Under the pieces are notes generated by a model. That model saw only the letters and a program-made list of their open reading frames with translations, made no database searches and was not told the DNA's origin. Below, in pieces: positions 41,075 to 54,298 of a stretch of 64,000 nt of DNA. Within the stretch, counting starts at the first letter, position 1; every line of letters begins with the position of its first letter. The stretch lies in NCBI GenBank assembly GCA_964016885.1, contig OZ024743.1, positions 344,348,001-344,412,000 on the forward strand, read 5' to 3'. The stretch is from Eledone cirrhosa. Taxonomy: Eukaryota. The position numbers were made by a program, and so were the translations under genes.

Positions 41075-41867
41075 AGTAAAATTTAGCGAGAATCGAATTT
41101 CAGTCCATGAAATAACGAAAAAACACTTTCGAATTGTGAGGCAAGCGCTCTATAATTCAAATGAATTAGAACTTACAACTTACGTTAAAAGCCAAACACA
41201 CTGAGATGGTGGTTCAACTAATTATCCACACAGCGAAGATTCGATCTCCTATTTCGGGTCAAACAGATATACAGATATAAAAATATATGAAAGCATAAAT
41301 GTATATATATACTTTGGTATGAATGAGAGATGTCTTTTCTGAAAAATCCACGCATTTTGTCTCATTTCTCCCCGTTTTGGGGCACTTTTCTTTCATCGTG
41401 CTCTCCGTTTGGGTTTTTAGAGGTTGGCTGAACGGTAGATAGTATTAGCAATTGGAAAGACCATTTGTCGAGGTCTGGGATCTTGTCGAACGACTGTTGA
41501 TACATATACAGAGAAAGAGAGATAGAGGTAGAATGGGTGAGATGGATTTATTTTATCGAGACTTATAATATGGAGTTACATAACTGCAATCAGTTAGTCA
41601 ATATGTCGATATTATCAGGGACATCCAACCTTTTAAAACGATCGTAAAATAATGAACTAATTAAGCATTAAACATGGCTCTTTTGTTTTCATTGTTAAAC
41701 CTATATATATGACTCTGTAGTTTTTTTGAATACTCAACAAAACCTAATATGATGTCTTTCATCCACAGAAAAAAACAATAACGTTTTTCACCTTATTTCG
41801 TTGGATATTTTTTGTTTTTCATACAGTGCTACCGCAAATAGGTAAATACCAGTGAATATATATATAT

Positions 41868-41920
<53 letters not shown>

Positions 41921-42120
41921 GCACCAGAGTACTCAATACTTAGGGTAGTAGAGTGGGTAATGGGTAAACAGTGAAGACCCCGACGGCTGAGCTCCGGCCG
42001 TTTCGACAGCTAGATCCGAACTAATTAGGATCTAGCTGTCGAAACGGCCGGAGCTCAGCCGACGGGTTCTTGACTCCCGCCTCCTCTCTCTATCTCTTCT
42101 CTCTCCCCTCTCTCTCTCTC

Positions 42121-42156
<36 letters not shown>

Positions 42157-42432
42157 TAATACGTGTCTCAAAATGTGTCATGACACTAAATTTGGATAAC
42201 GATGTATTGCTTTACACCCAGCCACATATACACACACATTCACACACGCATACACACACACACACACGCGCACATGTGTATATATATATATATGTATTTG
42301 GTAGAAACAGGCAACACCTATTCGCTATCTATTTTTTTCACCCCTGTCACTTTATCAAATATTTAGCTTAGTTATCTTTCCACATATTTCACTACTTGAT
42401 ATGAAGTCAGTCACCCAGCATTTCACTTGAAT

Positions 42433-43010
<578 letters not shown>

Positions 43011-43224
43011 TTCTTTATTTACCATAAAGGCATAAAAAGAAGGGACAAATACAAAGGGGGAGTTTACATATAATCGAGTAAAAAGGGTGTAACATGAAAA
43101 TAATCGAAAATAACCTCAAAAGGGAGGGGACGTGATGGGGGTTGCACACACCCCCGAAAAAGTGTGCAATCCTTTGCCCGGGGAGCACATGGAGAAGGTG
43201 TTCCCCTCTCCTTTACTTCTTTAC

Positions 43225-46200
43225 CTACAGGATGGTATACAGAGAAGGCCCATTTACACGAGCCATTCTCGCCACTATCACCCACCTTTCATAAAACTGC
43301 CTGTGGCCAAGCACCTCTCTCTCCATTCTTATCCTTCTTCCGAAGTGATATCGGAAGAAGTAGACCAGACTATGGCCAGAGAGGAAGTTGCCTGACCTCA
43401 GACCTTTCAATCGTGTCCACCAAACAACCTCTTTCAACATGGCTATTACGCACAGAAAAACCGCCTTTGCTTCCTTTGTGAAGAGGGGAGGCGGTTTGAT
43501 TGTCATCACGGACTCGGCGGTCAATTTAATCGGCGCCACCCGCGACAGCAGTTGTTCGGCGTAGCCCCACAGATCAGCCACGCCCGGACATTGCACCAAT
43601 GCGTGCGCCACGGTTTCTTCGTGACGCACGCATCTAGGGCAAATCTTTTTTGAGGGATCCCTGCCCGGGCGCCCGTGTCTGTAGAGCCTCTCTCGAACGG
43701 GTAGAGCCCCTCGGTAGCACTGCCAGGCCAGTGACTTCTGGAAGTTGTCCATTGGTCCTGGGCCGAAAGTCCTACCGAACAGGCTGGCCAGTTCGTCTTC
43801 TTCCATGTCCAGCGACTCTCCAAGGGTGTCATCGCCCCTGCTAGCCACCAGCCCTCTATAGAATGATGAGGTGGATTCTCCACCGATGGCCCGGCCCGCT
43901 TGCCAGAGAGCCCTGAGCGCCTGAGCACACTCAGTGTGCCAGTCTCCCAGTTTTCCGGATCTTTGCTTGACCCAGGACTGTAGCTCGGTGAGTGAGACGA
44001 GTCTCGGAAAGGCTCGTTTCACGAACGGAGCCCACACCGGTTGACCAGTGAGGAATACCTGTAGGTGCCGTAGCCTTAATGCGTGCCTACGCATCATCAA
44101 CCACGGCATCCCCAGCCCTCCTTTCGAAGGTTGTTGGCAGCAGATGGATCTTCTCACCATAGGAGGACGCTTCTTCCAAAGAAATTGGAAGAGCATGCGT
44201 TCCATGGTGGTGAGTGTTTCCTTAGGGCAAGGCACGACAGTCAGGCGGTAGTAAGTGACGGACGCTATGTAAATGTTCGCCACCTCCGCCCGGCCTTTTA
44301 GGGACAGCTTACACTTGGCCCATTTCTGGGTTAGTGCAAACACCTTGTTCGTAACCTCGTTCCAGTTCTTTTCCACCTGGAGGTCCGGTCCAAACCAGAC
44401 CCCAAGCAACTTTACCGGGCCCTCCGTCCAGTGTCCGACGACACCGTCAGGAGGCATCGGTTTGCCTCTCCACGTTCCGAGTTGCAGCCCGATGGATTTT
44501 TCCCGGTTCAGTTTCGCTCCTGACAACCTTTCGTACTCCTCCAGTAAGGTACCGATCGCCTCGATCTCCGAGTCGGTTGATACCATTACTGTTACGTCAT
44601 CGGCGTAGGCCGACACCGCTTTGCTCAATCCTGGTTCCAGGGGGATACCCTGCAACAACTCCAACTTCCTCAGTAAAGGCTCGAGAGTCAATACGTACAG
44701 AAGGGAGGAGAGAGGGCACCCCTGTCGAATGGATCGTGTGATTTCGAACGGCTTCGAAAGGTAGCCGTTCACCTTGATCCTAGAACAGATGTGGTTGCTA
44801 TGTAGGGCAGTGATCCAGCCTCTGAAAACAGGACCGAACCCAGCCGCCGCTAGCACCGCATCCAGGTAACCATGGTCGACCCTATCGAAGGCCTTAGACT
44901 GATCCAAGTTGATCAGGGCCCCACCGAAGCCGGGTTTGTTGCCAACCCTCTCTATGATGTATCGCATGAGGTGGAGGTTATCGTGAATGGACCTGGATGG
45001 GATAGCACATGTCTGCGCATCTCCCACCAGGCCACCCACGACAAGCGCCAACCTCTTTGCTAACACCTTGGCCAAAATCTTTAACTCTGTGTTTAGCAGG
45101 GTTATGGGCCGAAAATTATTTATACTATCCCCCTTGTTCTCGTCCTTCCTCACCAGCGTGACTACGCCCTTGGCTACAGAACAAGGAATTCTCCCGTTCT
45201 GCTGCCAATTGCAGTAGACCGCTTCGAGGAGTTCGGAGAAGAAGACCGGCATTGCTAAATAAAGTTCGTAAGGTATACCATCGAGACCTGGAGATTTGCG
45301 TCTGCTGCATTGGCTCAGCGCATCTCCGATCTCATCAGCCGAGATTGGTCCCTCGCAGGACTCTGCCTCTTTGTTCGAGAGACGCGGCAGGCCGTCGAGG
45401 TATGGACCGAAATCCACGCCCCGGCCCGGACCCTCGCCTCCCCCGAACAATCGGGCAAAGTGCTTTTGAAAGGCCTCGCACATCTGCTTAGGCTCCCGGA
45501 TCACTCGTCCATCTTCGTCTTGCAACGACCGGATGGTGGATCGATTTCCACTTTTAGCTTCTGTCACGCGGGCCCATCCAACGGCTTTGGCCCCCTCATT
45601 ACCTAGAGCACGTATTTTACTTCGAATGACGCAGCCTTCATGCTTTGCATCGAAAAACTGGTTCAAGGCCGTCCTCGATGCCAGCACTCTGGCCACATCT
45701 TCGCTCTTGATTGCCTCTTCTAATTTACCTGTTAATTCTTTCTCGTTTCTATTCCTATTGGCAGCTAACATCTTGCTATAACTTATTGATTCTGTTCTAA
45801 TCTCTCTTTTGAGAGATGCCCACCATCGGTTGTTGACGATTGCACCCGTCAACCTCTCCTTAACTAATCTGCTAATCCGGTTTCTGTAAGTCTCTTTTGC
45901 CGGTAAAGACAAATTAAGTTTCCAGTAACCGGGACCCTGTCTATGTGTTTTCTCGAGATTGACCACGCAGGTCACTAATTTGTGATCCGTGTAGCCAACC
46001 GTGCGCATTTCTGGACAGCTTAATATGTCCCTATCCTTACTTCTAACTAAGAATCTATCTAAGTACGATCTAGATTGACCACTGTGGTTTCTCCAAGTCC
46101 AGGTAGGCACAGTTGGAAAATCTAGTCGATATCTATCGACCAAGTTAAAACGGTCGAGTAACCCCTTGAGGCTGTTACACCCCCCTCTATTAGGACATGC

Positions 46201-46662
46201 TCCTGCATAGTCCCAACGTGCATCTAGGATGTCATTCCAATCCCCCGCTAGAAGCAGGGAACGCGACGTTCCCAGAAAAGTCTCCAAACGCTGGAAGAAG
46301 TCGGGCCGTTCAGCTCCGAAAGGGGAGTAGACGGCGACCAGTCTCAAGGCCGCACTTTCACTACTGCCAACGTCTAGCACCAACAAACGACCCTCCGGGT
46401 CCGAGTGCACAACCTGTACGGCAAGACCCAGGTGTTTTTGCAGCAGCACGACAACCCCACCCCCACCTCCAGGTTGACAGAGAGATGCATGCACCTCAAA
46501 GTCATCGAAGGTGGGGGCCAGCTGCCGCATGACGCTGATTCGAGTCTCACAGATAACCATTACATTTATACTACATGACCTGAGGTCATTTAGAAGCTTT
46601 GCTTGCTTCCAAGTTGAGCCCAGGCCACGTGCATTCAAACATCCTACTCTTAACACATCCAT
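43225..46662 (-). CDS. LINE ORF2p: APE endonuclease, reverse transcriptase and C-terminal Cys/His finger (1145 aa)
   Basis: APE motifs NARG, CET, AGDWN, LDRF, TDH; RT motifs KSPGLDG, FRPITLLN, DQSKAFDRV, IRQGCPLS, YADD; C-terminal CPRC...ETVAHALVQC. Confidence 0.95.
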   Translation of the reverse strand: MDVLRVGCLNARGLGSTWKQAKLLNDLRSCSINVMVICETRISVMRQLAPTFDDFEVHASLCQPGGGGGVVVLLQKHLGLAVQVVHSDPEGRLLVLDVGSSESAALRLVAVYSPFGAERPDFFQRLETFLGTSRSLLLAGDWNDILDARWDYAGACPNRGGCNSLKGLLDRFNLVDRYRLDFPTVPTWTWRNHSGQSRSYLDRFLVRSKDRDILSCPEMRTVGYTDHKLVTCVVNLEKTHRQGPGYWKLNLSLPAKETYRNRISRLVKERLTGAIVNNRWWASLKREIRTESISYSKMLAANRNRNEKELTGKLEEAIKSEDVARVLASRTALNQFFDAKHEGCVIRSKIRALGNEGAKAVGWARVTEAKSGNRSTIRSLQDEDGRVIREPKQMCEAFQKHFARLFGGGEGPGRGVDFGPYLDGLPRLSNKEAESCEGPISADEIGDALSQCSRRKSPGLDGIPYELYLAMPVFFSELLEAVYCNWQQNGRIPCSVAKGVVTLVRKDENKGDSINNFRPITLLNTELKILAKVLAKRLALVVGGLVGDAQTCAIPSRSIHDNLHLMRYIIERVGNKPGFGGALINLDQSKAFDRVDHGYLDAVLAAAGFGPVFRGWITALHSNHICSRIKVNGYLSKPFEITRSIRQGCPLSSLLYVLTLEPLLRKLELLQGIPLEPGLSKAVSAYADDVTVMVSTDSEIEAIGTLLEEYERLSGAKLNREKSIGLQLGTWRGKPMPPDGVVGHWTEGPVKLLGVWFGPDLQVEKNWNEVTNKVFALTQKWAKCKLSLKGRAEVANIYIASVTYYRLTVVPCPKETLTTMERMLFQFLWKKRPPMVRRSICCQQPSKGGLGMPWLMMRRHALRLRHLQVFLTGQPVWAPFVKRAFPRLVSLTELQSWVKQRSGKLGDWHTECAQALRALWQAGRAIGGESTSSFYRGLVASRGDDTLGESLDMEEDELASLFGRTFGPGPMDNFQKSLAWQCYRGALPVRERLYRHGRPGRDPSKKICPRCVRHEETVAHALVQCPGVADLWGYAEQLLSRVAPIKLTAESVMTIKPPPLFTKEAKAVFLCVIAMLKEVVWWTRLKGLRSGNFLSGHSLVYFFRYHFGRRIRMEREVLGHRQFYERWVIVARMARVNGPSLYTIL

Positions 46663-46695
46663 GTGGGCGGCAGAGCCAAAGGAGAGTGTAGAGAC

Positions 46696-48576
46696 CTACC
46701 TTTCCGCTTCCCGGGGTTCGGGTTGCACGACTTCCATGGGGTCGGGGGTGTTGGGTGAAGGGGTGTCTTGTGGTGGTGTGGGGTCGTCGGTGTGTGGTGG
46801 GGTTGGGGTGTTTGGAGTTGTGTTGGGGAGGGGAAGGGGAGGGGGAAAGCTTTTTAGTAGGACGCGGTTTATGGGTTTGACAGAGGGTGGTCCTACGTCC
46901 TCCTTAAAATCCTTTTTTAGTTTTTGGTAGAGGTTCATTGGGATTTTTATTAGTTTTAAATGTGGGTGGTTTTCTGATGAAACAAAGTTTACACCTTCGG
47001 TTTGTACCGAAGGATTATTGTATATGAGTTCATTTAATTTATTATTGTTTCTGTTGATGTAAGTATAGTGTAATGTCTTTTTTTCCGATGGTGTGAGTGT
47101 TTCGAAGAGGGGAGGGGCAGGTTTGGTTTTGTTTGTTGCTGGAGGGGTGTTTTCTGTTTTGTTAGATTGTGTTGCGATTTGGGTGGGGGTTGTTTGTCCT
47201 TGTGTGTTTTGCACATGTTTTCTTTTTTTCCTTTTAATCTGTCTGAAGGACTCCGTTTCTTCCTCCGAATTCGTTGGGTTATCTTCAGTGTTGGAGGGAA
47301 GAGGTATGTTTGCTGGTAATGTTTCCGTGTTGGTTTTCTTTGTGGGGGAGATGGATGTCACTATGTTAGACTGTGTTGTGTGTTGTGTCTGCGGTGGTTG
47401 TGTTGTTTTATTGAGTGAGAGGTTGGGTGGGCCTGTATTTTGTTTTGGGGTAATGTGTTGTGACTGTTTGTGTTGTGGTGGTGTTGTGGTGTTACTGAGG
47501 GACGGGTTGGGTGGGACTGAGTTTTGTTGTTTGTTTATCTGTTGTGGTGGTGGTGGTGGAGCTGGTGTTGGTAGCAGGGTTTTCTTTTTGTTGAGTTGGG
47601 GACAAGCGGCCTTCAGGTGCCCTCTGCCTGCACAGATATGGCAGGACGGCCTTCTCCCCTCCACGCTAATGTTTATATACCCGTGGTCCTCTAATAGGAT
47701 TCTGTCGGGTATTTGGGCGATGCGTTCAGGCTTCATTTGTACTACCAGCTCTATACCTGTTCCACTGAACGCATTGCCTGTGGTTTTCCCAATGGAAATC
47801 ACGTTGTCATTCACTGGATCGATGAAGCCAGCTATGAGCCAGCAGTAGTCCACATCTGGCATCATTGCATCCAGCCATATGCGTTGAGTTTTTTTCCCCA
47901 TATAAGATGGATAAAAGGTGAAATTTTTCGAACGAATCGGTGACAAAGCACATTTTTTTGCCGCCGATTCGTTCTTCATGATAATTGCTAGGCTTCCATA
48001 CAGTCTGTCTTTTCTTATGAAAGTTGTTTCATTCAGTACTTCTGCGAGTACTGTTTTGATATCTGCTTGAGAAGGCTGTTCAGGTTTTTTTGTACTGTTG
48101 TTGATGGTCCGAAACTTGACCGTTCGGCTTTCAATGTCTTTCGTGAATTCTTGAGGCATTTTTACCAATAAAATACCATTCTCACCTTCACTTATGTATT
48201 GTTTTGCGTCCGTGATCCTTCGTACCACATCTGAAATGTTTTCCGCTATATAAGTCAAAGATTTCTTTGTTTTCTGTGCAAAAGAAATCTTGTCGTCTGC
48301 TTTGTTTTCTGATATTATGTTATTTTCAACTGTTATTTTTTTGTTTGTTGTGTCTTTGTTTGTGTTATTAGTATTGTCATGCAATTTTTCAAATTTTTTT
48401 TTTTCGTTGTTTTCGTCATTTAATTTTTTTTCCTCCGCAGATTCGTCCGTTTTTATTTTCATTTTTCCTTCCTTCTCTATGACGTTAGTTGGGAAGGAAG
48501 GGAGGACTAAAGCGTGCGAGCTTACAACTCTTACCGCTGTCCCCCCACCACTATTTTCGTTCGCTGCGTTTAACAT
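46696..48576 (-). CDS. LINE ORF1p, nucleic-acid-binding protein with CCHC zinc knuckle (626 aa)
   Basis: ATG-started ORF 33 bp upstream of ORF2; CHICAGRGHLKAAC knuckle followed by a Pro/Thr/Gln-rich tail. Confidence 0.85.
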   Translation of the reverse strand: MLNAANENSGGGTAVRVVSSHALVLPSFPTNVIEKEGKMKIKTDESAEEKKLNDENNEKKKFEKLHDNTNNTNKDTTNKKITVENNIISENKADDKISFAQKTKKSLTYIAENISDVVRRITDAKQYISEGENGILLVKMPQEFTKDIESRTVKFRTINNSTKKPEQPSQADIKTVLAEVLNETTFIRKDRLYGSLAIIMKNESAAKKCALSPIRSKNFTFYPSYMGKKTQRIWLDAMMPDVDYCWLIAGFIDPVNDNVISIGKTTGNAFSGTGIELVVQMKPERIAQIPDRILLEDHGYINISVEGRRPSCHICAGRGHLKAACPQLNKKKTLLPTPAPPPPPQQINKQQNSVPPNPSLSNTTTPPQHKQSQHITPKQNTGPPNLSLNKTTQPPQTQHTTQSNIVTSISPTKKTNTETLPANIPLPSNTEDNPTNSEEETESFRQIKRKKRKHVQNTQGQTTPTQIATQSNKTENTPPATNKTKPAPPLFETLTPSEKKTLHYTYINRNNNKLNELIYNNPSVQTEGVNFVSSENHPHLKLIKIPMNLYQKLKKDFKEDVGPPSVKPINRVLLKSFPPPLPLPNTTPNTPTPPHTDDPTPPQDTPSPNTPDPMEVVQPEPREAER

Positions 48577-48790
48577 TTCTGTTAGACGATTGAAATTTTT
48601 TACACAAAATTTTTTAAAACAGGTTTTTCACCTCTAGGAGGGGTAAAGATGAGCTGACCCACCGCCTGACAGTTCAGACGGAGGGTCAAGCTACACAATT
48701 GTATCAAAATTAAGTTTGAACTCACAAAATTTCCTCAATAAATTTGAACAAAACTTCTGTGCGAAGTGAATGACATCCACACTCTAAAAG

Positions 48791-48828
<38 letters not shown>

Positions 48829-50132
48829 TTGTATATTTCTGTGCGTGTGTGCGTGTACGTATGTTTTTATAATTAGAAATGGCATGTCTCATACATTTTT
48901 CTGAAAGGCAATTATAGAAACATCATAAACATGAATTTTACTGTCTTTAAGAATACTTTATGTTTAAGAAACGAGAATTTAACTTGTCTTTATAAATATT
49001 CAGCCTTACCTATAAAGTTATTATACGTCTAATGTGTTCGCCTTGTTTATGTGAGGTAATCACTCTAAGATGTTTGATATGTCTCGACACTTTTATCTGA
49101 CGTTTTGCGTAAAATACCTGGCTAAATATCTTGCGAAAGTTGATATGGCTCCATGCATTCTGAGTTCAAATCATGTGAAGGACGAATGTATTTTTCCTCG
49201 CTCCAGGGTGGATGAAATTTAATAACAGTCAAGTACATATGCCAATTCAATCGGCTAATCCATCTCTCACGTTTATGGCGTTGTATTTATGTAAAAAAAA
49301 TTACGAAGGGTAAGATTCTTATACAAATATATATATATATTTGCAAATTCTATTGAAACTGATAGACATAATTTTATTTTGGTAACACGAGTACGACCTA
49401 GAAGATGATATATATCTATATATAATTGTTTCTACTTTTGGCACAAGGCCAGTAATTACCCAGTACAATACTGGTACTTTATTTTATCGACCCCATAAGG
49501 ATGAAAGGCAAAGTTAACCTCGGCGGGATTTGAACTCAGATCCTAAAGGGACGTAACTATCCTAGAAAGCATGGCGTCCAACCCTCTACCGATACTGCCA
49601 ATTCACCTTAAATTGTTCATATATCTCATCCGATGTACTCTCTTCCAGGTAAATGTTGTTACGGATATAATCTGACATAATGGGCTAATTTATTCCATGT
49701 CTGTGTGGTTAAGAAGTTAATTTAACAAAATGGAGTTGCGGGACGGGAGCTGCCCAGCAGTTTTTTGGGCACACAATTTTCTTTTATTGCCTCGAAGTAT
49801 CCATTCTCATATAATTGTAAGTTGGTAGACGCAGTTTGTGTGGAATCAGATCGTGTATATTCAAACACGTTCGCACAGTCACACACACGCACACACACAA
49901 ACACACACACATATGTATGTATGCGTGTGTGTTATGAACATTTGCACACATACACATACAAACATACATGTATATATACATATATTGACTCATCGATTGG
50001 GTGAATAAAGGCCAGAGCCTATCGTAATTTCATGAGGTTTATTGGAATGGGAGCACAAAATACTAGTTCATTGCAGGGTTATACACACACACACACATCT
50101 CTCCCCCACTCTCTCTCTCTCTCTCTCTCTCT

Positions 50133-50266
<134 letters not shown>

Positions 50267-50307
50267 GATATTAACAAATGGAAACTATATTTATAAAACC
50301 ATATCTA

Positions 50308-50368
50308 TTTTATGATACATATTTCAAGGATACCATGCTAAATTATGGTATGCTTTCATCAGACAAAG
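50308..50368 (-). ncRNA. Type I hammerhead ribozyme in a related pLTR fragment
   Basis: Reverse complement: CTTTGT-CTGATGA-AAGCATACCA...TGGTATCCTT-GAAA-TATGTA-TC-ATAAAA. Adjacent GACATACCCT is shared with the 37.2-kb pLTR. Confidence 0.78.
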
Positions 50369-50546
50369 TACAATATATACAAGTTTTATAAATGAATATT
50401 GACATACCCTTTCAAAATGCAACCGTTACTTTTGGAAGACATCGGGATAGTTAATATCGTATATTTACTCCAAATACTTGTCGAGTGCTTTATATCAGTT
50501 ATAAAAATATTTGCTTGTTGTATACCAACAATTTAAATAGAACCTT

Positions 50547-50592
<46 letters not shown>

Positions 50593-50593
50593 T

Positions 50594-50654
<61 letters not shown>

Positions 50655-50686
50655 TTAAATAGAACTTTTGCATATATATATATATA

Positions 50687-50786
50687 TAATGTATAAAAAT
50701 CAATACAATATAATTACCTCATTACCAGAGGTTTCGGGAAACCTCTGGTAATGAGGTAATTATATTGTATTGATTTTTATACATTA
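50687..50786. repeat. Perfect palindrome, 49-bp arms with a 2-nt centre
   Basis: TAATGTATAAAAATC...CCAGAGGTTTC GG GAAACCTCTGG...GATTTTTATACATTA. Confidence 0.95.
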
Positions 50787-50860
50787 AATTTTGCTCTGAT
50801 ACTTACATAGAGCACTCTTTATTTCTATGACCTTTTCTGTTTCCAACGGAAATTTCAATA

Positions 50861-50899
<39 letters not shown>

Positions 50900-51104
50900 T
50901 TGTCAAATTATCCTGAGTTGGTTTTCTCGTTGCTTTGGTCCTTGCGGCTGGCTCACCGGTCGAAGTCTTCAATTTGTCAAGCTGTCTAAACGTAATGTTA
51001 TTACTCTAAGTTGAAACTACCTTATTGAGTGCTTAGCTGCACATTCCGGATTGCATTCATTAGCTTGGCCGCAGCCCGAGCTTCGATTCTACTGAACTTC
51101 CTTT

Positions 51105-51137
<33 letters not shown>

Positions 51138-51837
51138 GAGCTCGTATACATACACACATTTATATACTGATGTGTTTGTCTCTGTGTGTGCGCATGCATG
51201 TGCAAGTGCGAGTATGTGTATGTGTATGTGTATATACCTGATGTATCCATCACCTTGTACAACTATTGGTTCATCTTAACATATGCATCTCCTTCTGACT
51301 AAGGGAATTTTTGTTCCAAATTGTATTGTTTCTCCTGAGAATACTGAGTCTACTTACGTTCTGGCTCGTCAATGAGGTACACAGGTCACTCTTATAAAAT
51401 GGCTGATGACGGAAGATGCTTCACCCCGCCTTAAAAAAATCTATATATTGACGCTGGGGAAAGTATTGTGTCGCCAAGTACGAAATTTGTAGAAATTTGT
51501 TTTTTTTCTACAAATTTCTACAAATTTCATACTTGATGACCCAATAACATTCTAGGTTGTTTCCCAGGTAAGATGCTTTACAATCTGTTGACTTCCACCT
51601 GATCTAGCATAGATGGCTCCAATTGCAGCGTGAAACCAGCTGCGCCGAAGCCCTGTTTAACGATATCGGTGAGAGTGACGTGTGGAGGGTAGCAGCCGAC
51701 ATTAAGGTCACCTGAAAACCAACAGCGCACAGAAACGTCTGTAGAACTACATCGGCATTTGTGTTGCGAATCTGAAGACCAGGTGTCAGTTCAGATAAAA
51801 CAGCAGCAGCAACAGAATAGCAACGGCAAGAAGAAGA

Positions 51838-51856
51838 ACTACTACTGCTACTACTG

Positions 51857-51891
<35 letters not shown>

Positions 51892-51913
51892 GCTGCTGTA
51901 GCTGCTGCTGCTG

Positions 51914-51954
<41 letters not shown>

Positions 51955-51982
51955 GCTGCTGCTGTAGCTGCTGCTGCTGCTG

Positions 51983-52035
<53 letters not shown>

Positions 52036-52057
52036 GCTGCTGTAGCTGCTGCTGCTG

Positions 52058-52138
<81 letters not shown>

Positions 52139-52162
52139 TTGCTGCTACTGCTGCTGCTGTTG

Positions 52163-52217
<55 letters not shown>

Positions 52218-52270
52218 AACTACTACTACTACTACTGCTGCTGTTGCTGCTACTGCTGCTGCTGCTGCTG

Positions 52271-52358
<88 letters not shown>
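51838..52358. repeat. (CTA)n/(CTG)n compound microsatellite
   Basis: Direct reading. Confidence 0.95.
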
Positions 52359-52871
52359 AGCACTTACGAGCTAAGAACGAAGCATTTACGTGATCGTTTG
52401 ATCTGTTAGAAATAGGAACCAAATTACAATCAAATCACACCATGTAGTCGTAGATACTCCAAAAAAGCCAGAGTGGTCATAACTGGAAAGTCTTTAATCC
52501 AAGTGCGACTTGATCAGCATTGAACTGCGACAAACACCCCACCACCAATCAGCTCACCTTCACGTCAATATACTCCATTCTACATTATTCCTCTCTTCTC
52601 ATTGCCTAGTTTCCTACTAGTTTACTACTACGGAACATCTACACATATCCAAATTTATACAAGCACACAGAAACCTGCGAATAGAAATACATCTAACAGC
52701 TACTAAGGTCCCCATTATCATCATGGTAATCACAAGCAGCATTATCTTAGTCTTCATTGTAATCATTATCATCGTAACATCATCAGCACCACAATCATCA
52801 TCAGCATCATCATCATCACTACCAACACCACCAACATCACCACATTCACCACCATCACCACCACCATCATT

Positions 52872-53485
52872 ATCAGTCTGTCCTGGCGAACCGTACTAAC
52901 AAGCTGCTGATGGACACAGCCCCAAGTGGTGCATGGCTGCATTAAATCGGCCGACAATCGGTGACAACCACTCCATCGGAGAAGGATTAGTGCCTGGTGA
53001 AGGGCAATATTGCGGTAGCTATTCAGGTCGGTGGGTCTGTTGTCAGCTAACTCTCCACTTCTGAAGCATGTTGAAATCTGAGTCTTGCAGCTTTGCTGTG
53101 TGACGAGAGAAATGGCAGTGTGATACCATGCGATGTTGGCTCAATAGCTTAGAATCTTCAGCCATGTCATGGAGCAGGTGACGCGGGTCTATTGAGACCT
53201 TGGTTACCAACATATATGTATGATGCTCTCTATGAATGGGTGCAGGGTCTAAGTTGGTGTATGACGAAGACATCCGGTGATAAGCCTTAAGGTGTCGTTC
53301 AGGGAAGTATCTAGATTATTTGTGTGGGTGTTCCGGCACCATGCAGAGCCGGTTTACTCGGTCTTATTGTAGACCAAGGCTTGGGCATTATTACGTAGGG
53401 TGGATGATCAAGCACACTATGATGAGCTTGCCAAGTGATGTAGAAGGTTGTTCCTCGCAGAGACATTTGCATTTATCAACATCCG
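52872..53485 (-). pseudogene. Decayed 3' end of a Vingi/Ingi-like non-LTR retrotransposon
   Basis: Minus strand reads RNNLLHHLAS...TLRNNAQALVY...AWCRNTHT, DPRHLLH and VGRFNAAMHHLGLCPSAAC..GSPGQT. The clade assignment is tentative. Confidence 0.6.
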
Positions 53486-53489
53486 CTCC

Positions 53490-54298
53490 TTATTAGAGGC
53501 ATCGGAAACAATCCTCCTCAATCACTTGCATACAATAAGGTGTCCAACCTAGACAAATGGGTTCCCCACAATCTGACAGACGGTAATCGTGAATATCGAG
53601 TGGCAGGTACGACTTCTCTGCTCTCCTACCACCACACAACCAGCTGGTTACGTTCCATTGTCATTGATGATGAAAGCTGGTGTCTCTACATCAATGTCAA
53701 ACGCAAGTGATCGTGGGTTGATAAAGAAAGTGTCCCACAACGGCAAGCAAAGGCTGGCCTTCATCCTCGCAAAGCCCAACTGAGCGTCTGATAGGACTAG
53801 AAAAAAGGTATTAACCACTACGAGTTGATCCCACCGAACACCAGCATAACATCTGACGTATATTGTCAACGAGGTGACTGATTAGCAGCAAAAACGGCAC
53901 AGGTGGACCCACACCATGGTCCTTTCCGATTCCTCCATGTACACGTCAAGGATGACCCATGAGAAGCTGCTAGAGCTAGGTTGAGAGGTTCTGCTACACC
54001 CACTGTATTCGCCCGACATCACGCCTACAGACTATCACTTTTTTTTTTATCTCAATGAGCAATGCAATACAGTCAAAGACGTTCACTAATTGAGACTAGT
54101 TAAATGTGTGGCTGACGGAATTCTTAGCATCGAAGCCAGAAGAATTCTCAGGGATGGAATCGTGAACTTTCCTAAACGATGGCAGACGGTAATCACAAAG
54201 GATGGCGATTATTTTGACAATTAAAATTTTGCTAATTATCAATAAACACCAAATTCAATAAAAATAGGAAAAACGGCGATAACTTTCTGTCCAACTTA
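53490..54298 (+). mobile_element. Decayed mariner (Tc1/mariner DDD) transposase with right terminal inverted repeat
   Basis: LDKWVPHNL, IVIDDESWCLYIN, LHPRK, GINHYEL, HPLYSPDITPTDYHF, KRWQTVITKDGDYFD; ends AAACGGCGATAACTTTCTGTCCAACTTA. Confidence 0.85.

Larger units (their letters stand above)
43011..48786 (-). mobile_element. Full-length Tx1/L1-clade non-LTR retrotransposon inserted in a (GATA)n/(GA)n microsatellite
   Basis: Two intact ORFs and a T-rich 3' UTR ending AATAAAGAA. The 22-bp direct repeat AAAGATAGATAGATAGATAGAT lies at 42989-43010 and 48787-48808. Confidence 0.92.

Noticed and set aside
47093-47848. 251-aa plus-strand ORF and other ORFs antisense to LINE coding regions
   Set aside because: Shadow frames of Tx1 and Dong ORFs with no independent motifs.
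51604-52422. Poly-Ser and poly-Tyr ORFs
   Set aside because: (CTA)n/(CTG)n microsatellite.
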